Part shown: piece by piece, positions 62,432-64,000 of the stretch
How the letters are laid out: each line of letters starts with the position of its first letter
Numbering within the stretch: position 1 is the stretch's first letter
Origin: an uncultured Lachnoclostridium sp.
GTDB taxonomy: Bacteria > Bacillota > Clostridia > Lachnospirales > Lachnospiraceae
Reading direction: 5' to 3'
NCBI GenBank assembly: GCA_946402335.1
Contig: CAMIWE010000003.1
Span: forward strand, 2,400 to 66,399
DNA: 64,000 nt
Notes under the pieces: model-generated
Databases searched by the model: none
Told to the model about the DNA's origin: nothing
Seen by the model: only the letters and a program-made list of their open reading frames with translations
Translations under genes and position numbers: made by a program

Positions 62432-63949
62432 ATTCACGGCCGTCGCAAGATTGTCCTCGCGGTCATCTAAGAATACGCATTCTTCGGGCTTCAGATGATA
62501 CCGGTCAAGCAACAGCCGGTACATCTCCTCATCGGGTTTTGCGGTCTTTTCGAGTGCCGAAATGACTGCTCCGTCGGTTTCCCGGATAAACCCGAGGATC
62601 GGCTGATGCATCGCATACAGATCTTCGGGATAGTTTGACAGAATATAAACTTCGTATCCGGACTTCTTAAGCCCTTTAATGATCCGTTCGGAATCTTCAT
62701 AGGTCCGGATGATTCCCTCGATGTTGTCAAAAAAGACACGGATTGGCTTCTCATATGCCGGATACTGTTTTGCCAAAATATCGGATGCCTCCGGAATCGT
62801 ATAAAGCCCCCGGTCCATCTTCTTCCAAAGGTCCGAAAGCACGATGTGATCCCTGAAGAACTGCGCGGTTTCCTCATCAAAACCGATTTCGTTCATATAT
62901 GCATCATACCGGAAGTCCACCAATACGTTTCCGAGATCGAAAATCACCGCCCGCACGCTGCGGTCCTCATGTCTTTTTTGTAATCGTTCGGCAAATACCG
63001 CCATATCGTCTCTGACCTCTTTCGGTTCCACAATCTTTACATCTTCCCCAAGCCCGGCAATCCATCCGAAGAACACATCGGTCACGGCAACATGAAACCG
63101 GAGCCGGAACCGTTCCCCTTTTCCGATGATGGAAATATCTTCCCCGAAACGGTCGATAAACGGGCCCAGATTGGCCTTTCCGCACTCTGCGCATACAACG
63201 CTCTTTTCACCTGCGAACATGGAAAAGCGCTGTTCCACATAGGTTTCCGCTTCGGCGGCGTCGAACACGTTCCTGCCCTCCCGCGGCACATCCAACACAT
63301 TAACGGAGCGCATCTTGTCAACCCGGTAATGACGCAGGTCGTCCTTCTCGGGGTCATAGGCAACCAGATAATAGAATTCGTTGTCCCAGACAAGCGCCCA
63401 GGGACTGATCCGTTCCTTATTGCCGTCCTTTCTCGGTACCAGATTCCGTTTTGCATCCCACTCAAGGTAGGTAAACGAAATCGCACGGTCTTCGGCGATG
63501 GCGGAATAGATGACGTCGATGTTGATGAAGATGTTCTCGTTCATCATTTTCACGCGCCCTGCAACCCTCACCTGCCGCTTAAGCAGCGACGCCTCGTAAC
63601 GGCTTAACATCTTCTCAAGCTTCGCGGAAAGTTCCTCGGAGCGTTTTTTCGTCAAAAATCGGGAAGACTGTACTGCATCTACAAGCAGTTTCAGCTCCCC
63701 GACCGAAAAGTCGCGACTGCTGAGGGAATACCCGGTGGTGCGTCCGTTCTTCTCTTTGAAGATATCAAATCCGAACTGCTCCAACATGGCAAGATCGTCA
63801 TAAATGCTCTTCCGTTCGGCCTCAATGCCGAAGGAACCGAGCTTGCGGATGATCTCCTCCATGGACAGGCTGTGACTGTCATCGGTTTCTTCCCACAGAA
63901 TCTTTAACAAATATAAAATTTTCAGTTTCTGGTATACTGACTTAGCCAT
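62303..63949 (-). CDS. WYL-domain transcriptional regulator fused to a YihX-like HAD phosphatase domain
   Basis: 548 aa. It has an N-terminal wHTH (LSMEEIIRKLGSFGIEAERKSIYDDLAMLEQFG) and a WYL region (NEFYYLVAYDPEKDDLRHYRVDKM). The HAD part reads AVIFDLGNVLVDF ... ILSNY ... KPDEEMY ... VFLDDREDN. Its 3' end overlaps the convergent GNAT gene by 129 nt. Confidence 0.7.
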   Translation of the reverse strand: MAKSVYQKLKILYLLKILWEETDDSHSLSMEEIIRKLGSFGIEAERKSIYDDLAMLEQFGFDIFKEKNGRTTGYSLSSRDFSVGELKLLVDAVQSSRFLTKKRSEELSAKLEKMLSRYEASLLKRQVRVAGRVKMMNENIFINIDVIYSAIAEDRAISFTYLEWDAKRNLVPRKDGNKERISPWALVWDNEFYYLVAYDPEKDDLRHYRVDKMRSVNVLDVPREGRNVFDAAEAETYVEQRFSMFAGEKSVVCAECGKANLGPFIDRFGEDISIIGKGERFRLRFHVAVTDVFFGWIAGLGEDVKIVEPKEVRDDMAVFAERLQKRHEDRSVRAVIFDLGNVLVDFRYDAYMNEIGFDEETAQFFRDHIVLSDLWKKMDRGLYTIPEASDILAKQYPAYEKPIRVFFDNIEGIIRTYEDSERIIKGLKKSGYEVYILSNYPEDLYAMHQPILGFIRETDGAVISALEKTAKPDEEMYRLLLDRYHLKPEECVFLDDREDNLATAVNLGIRGILVNHRKEAFRSLYEYLLVCGKYGEAACLSDGDGYAV

Positions 63950-64000
63950 ATTCCCCTGTTATGAATGAACGTATCCGTAATAAATGAAGAACAGGGAAAT

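Noticed and set aside
1-64000. Mobile elements, prophage, CRISPR arrays, tRNA/rRNA genes and defence systems.
   Set aside because: I found no transposase, integrase or recombinase motifs. There are no short regularly spaced direct repeats outside the coding tandem repeats and no cloverleaf-like intergenic sequences. The only defence-flavoured item is the WYL regulator, which has no adjacent effector genes in the window.

Overview
This 64-kb window looks like a Firmicutes/Clostridia chromosome of about 48-50% GC. The taxon is inferred from gene content only: a SecDF fusion, DegV, RlmH, YesM/YesN-type sugar sensors and a class B sortase. Nearly all genes are on the minus strand. I saw no rRNA, tRNA, CRISPR array, transposase, integrase or phage genes.

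The left 24 kb (1-24084) is a cell-surface island with three parts.
(1) A pilus operon laid out like the Streptococcus pyogenes FCT loci. It encodes a backbone pilin with an ISPTG sorting signal, then a signal-peptidase-I homologue whose catalytic Ser/Lys are replaced by Asp/Gly (SipA-like). Next come a class B sortase with an unusual 3-TM C-terminal extension and a >1642-aa adhesin with a lipobox signal. The adhesin runs off the left edge and is absent from the supplied ORF track.
(2) A small LRR / Pro-Thr-linker membrane protein.
(3) Two co-directional giant secreted modular proteins of 3372 aa and 1356 aa, with no recognisable wall or membrane anchor. They share six copies of a roughly 175-aa two-cysteine module (DW-C-DY ... 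F-CG-FN) that I do not recognise. The larger one also has about 30 His/Cys3 mini-modules, including 255-bp near-identical tandem DNA repeats. Its 3' 2.5 kb is low in GC and ends in a Hint/bacterial-intein-like autoprocessing domain plus an 82-aa tail. A 34-codon acidic ORF with a good RBS sits between the two giant genes.

I consider the giant-protein, Hint and LRR block, together with the adjacent FCT-like pilus operon, the most likely undescribed system in the window.

The right 40 kb is housekeeping or accessory metabolism. It contains serS, a His6-type hisA, rlmH, a CorC-like gene, nnr, an ABC-F ATPase, a GntR regulator and potABCD with a cupin-XRE regulator. It also contains a 2-hydroxyacid dehydrogenase, luxS, a sugar ABC transporter with a binding-protein/kinase/regulator sensor, leuS, pyrF, pyrC, recJ, secDF and degV. 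The right end holds a degenerate MinD/ParA-like protein, a CYTH protein, a GNAT protein and a WYL-HAD fusion regulator.

All domain calls were made by eye from motifs. No searches were run.
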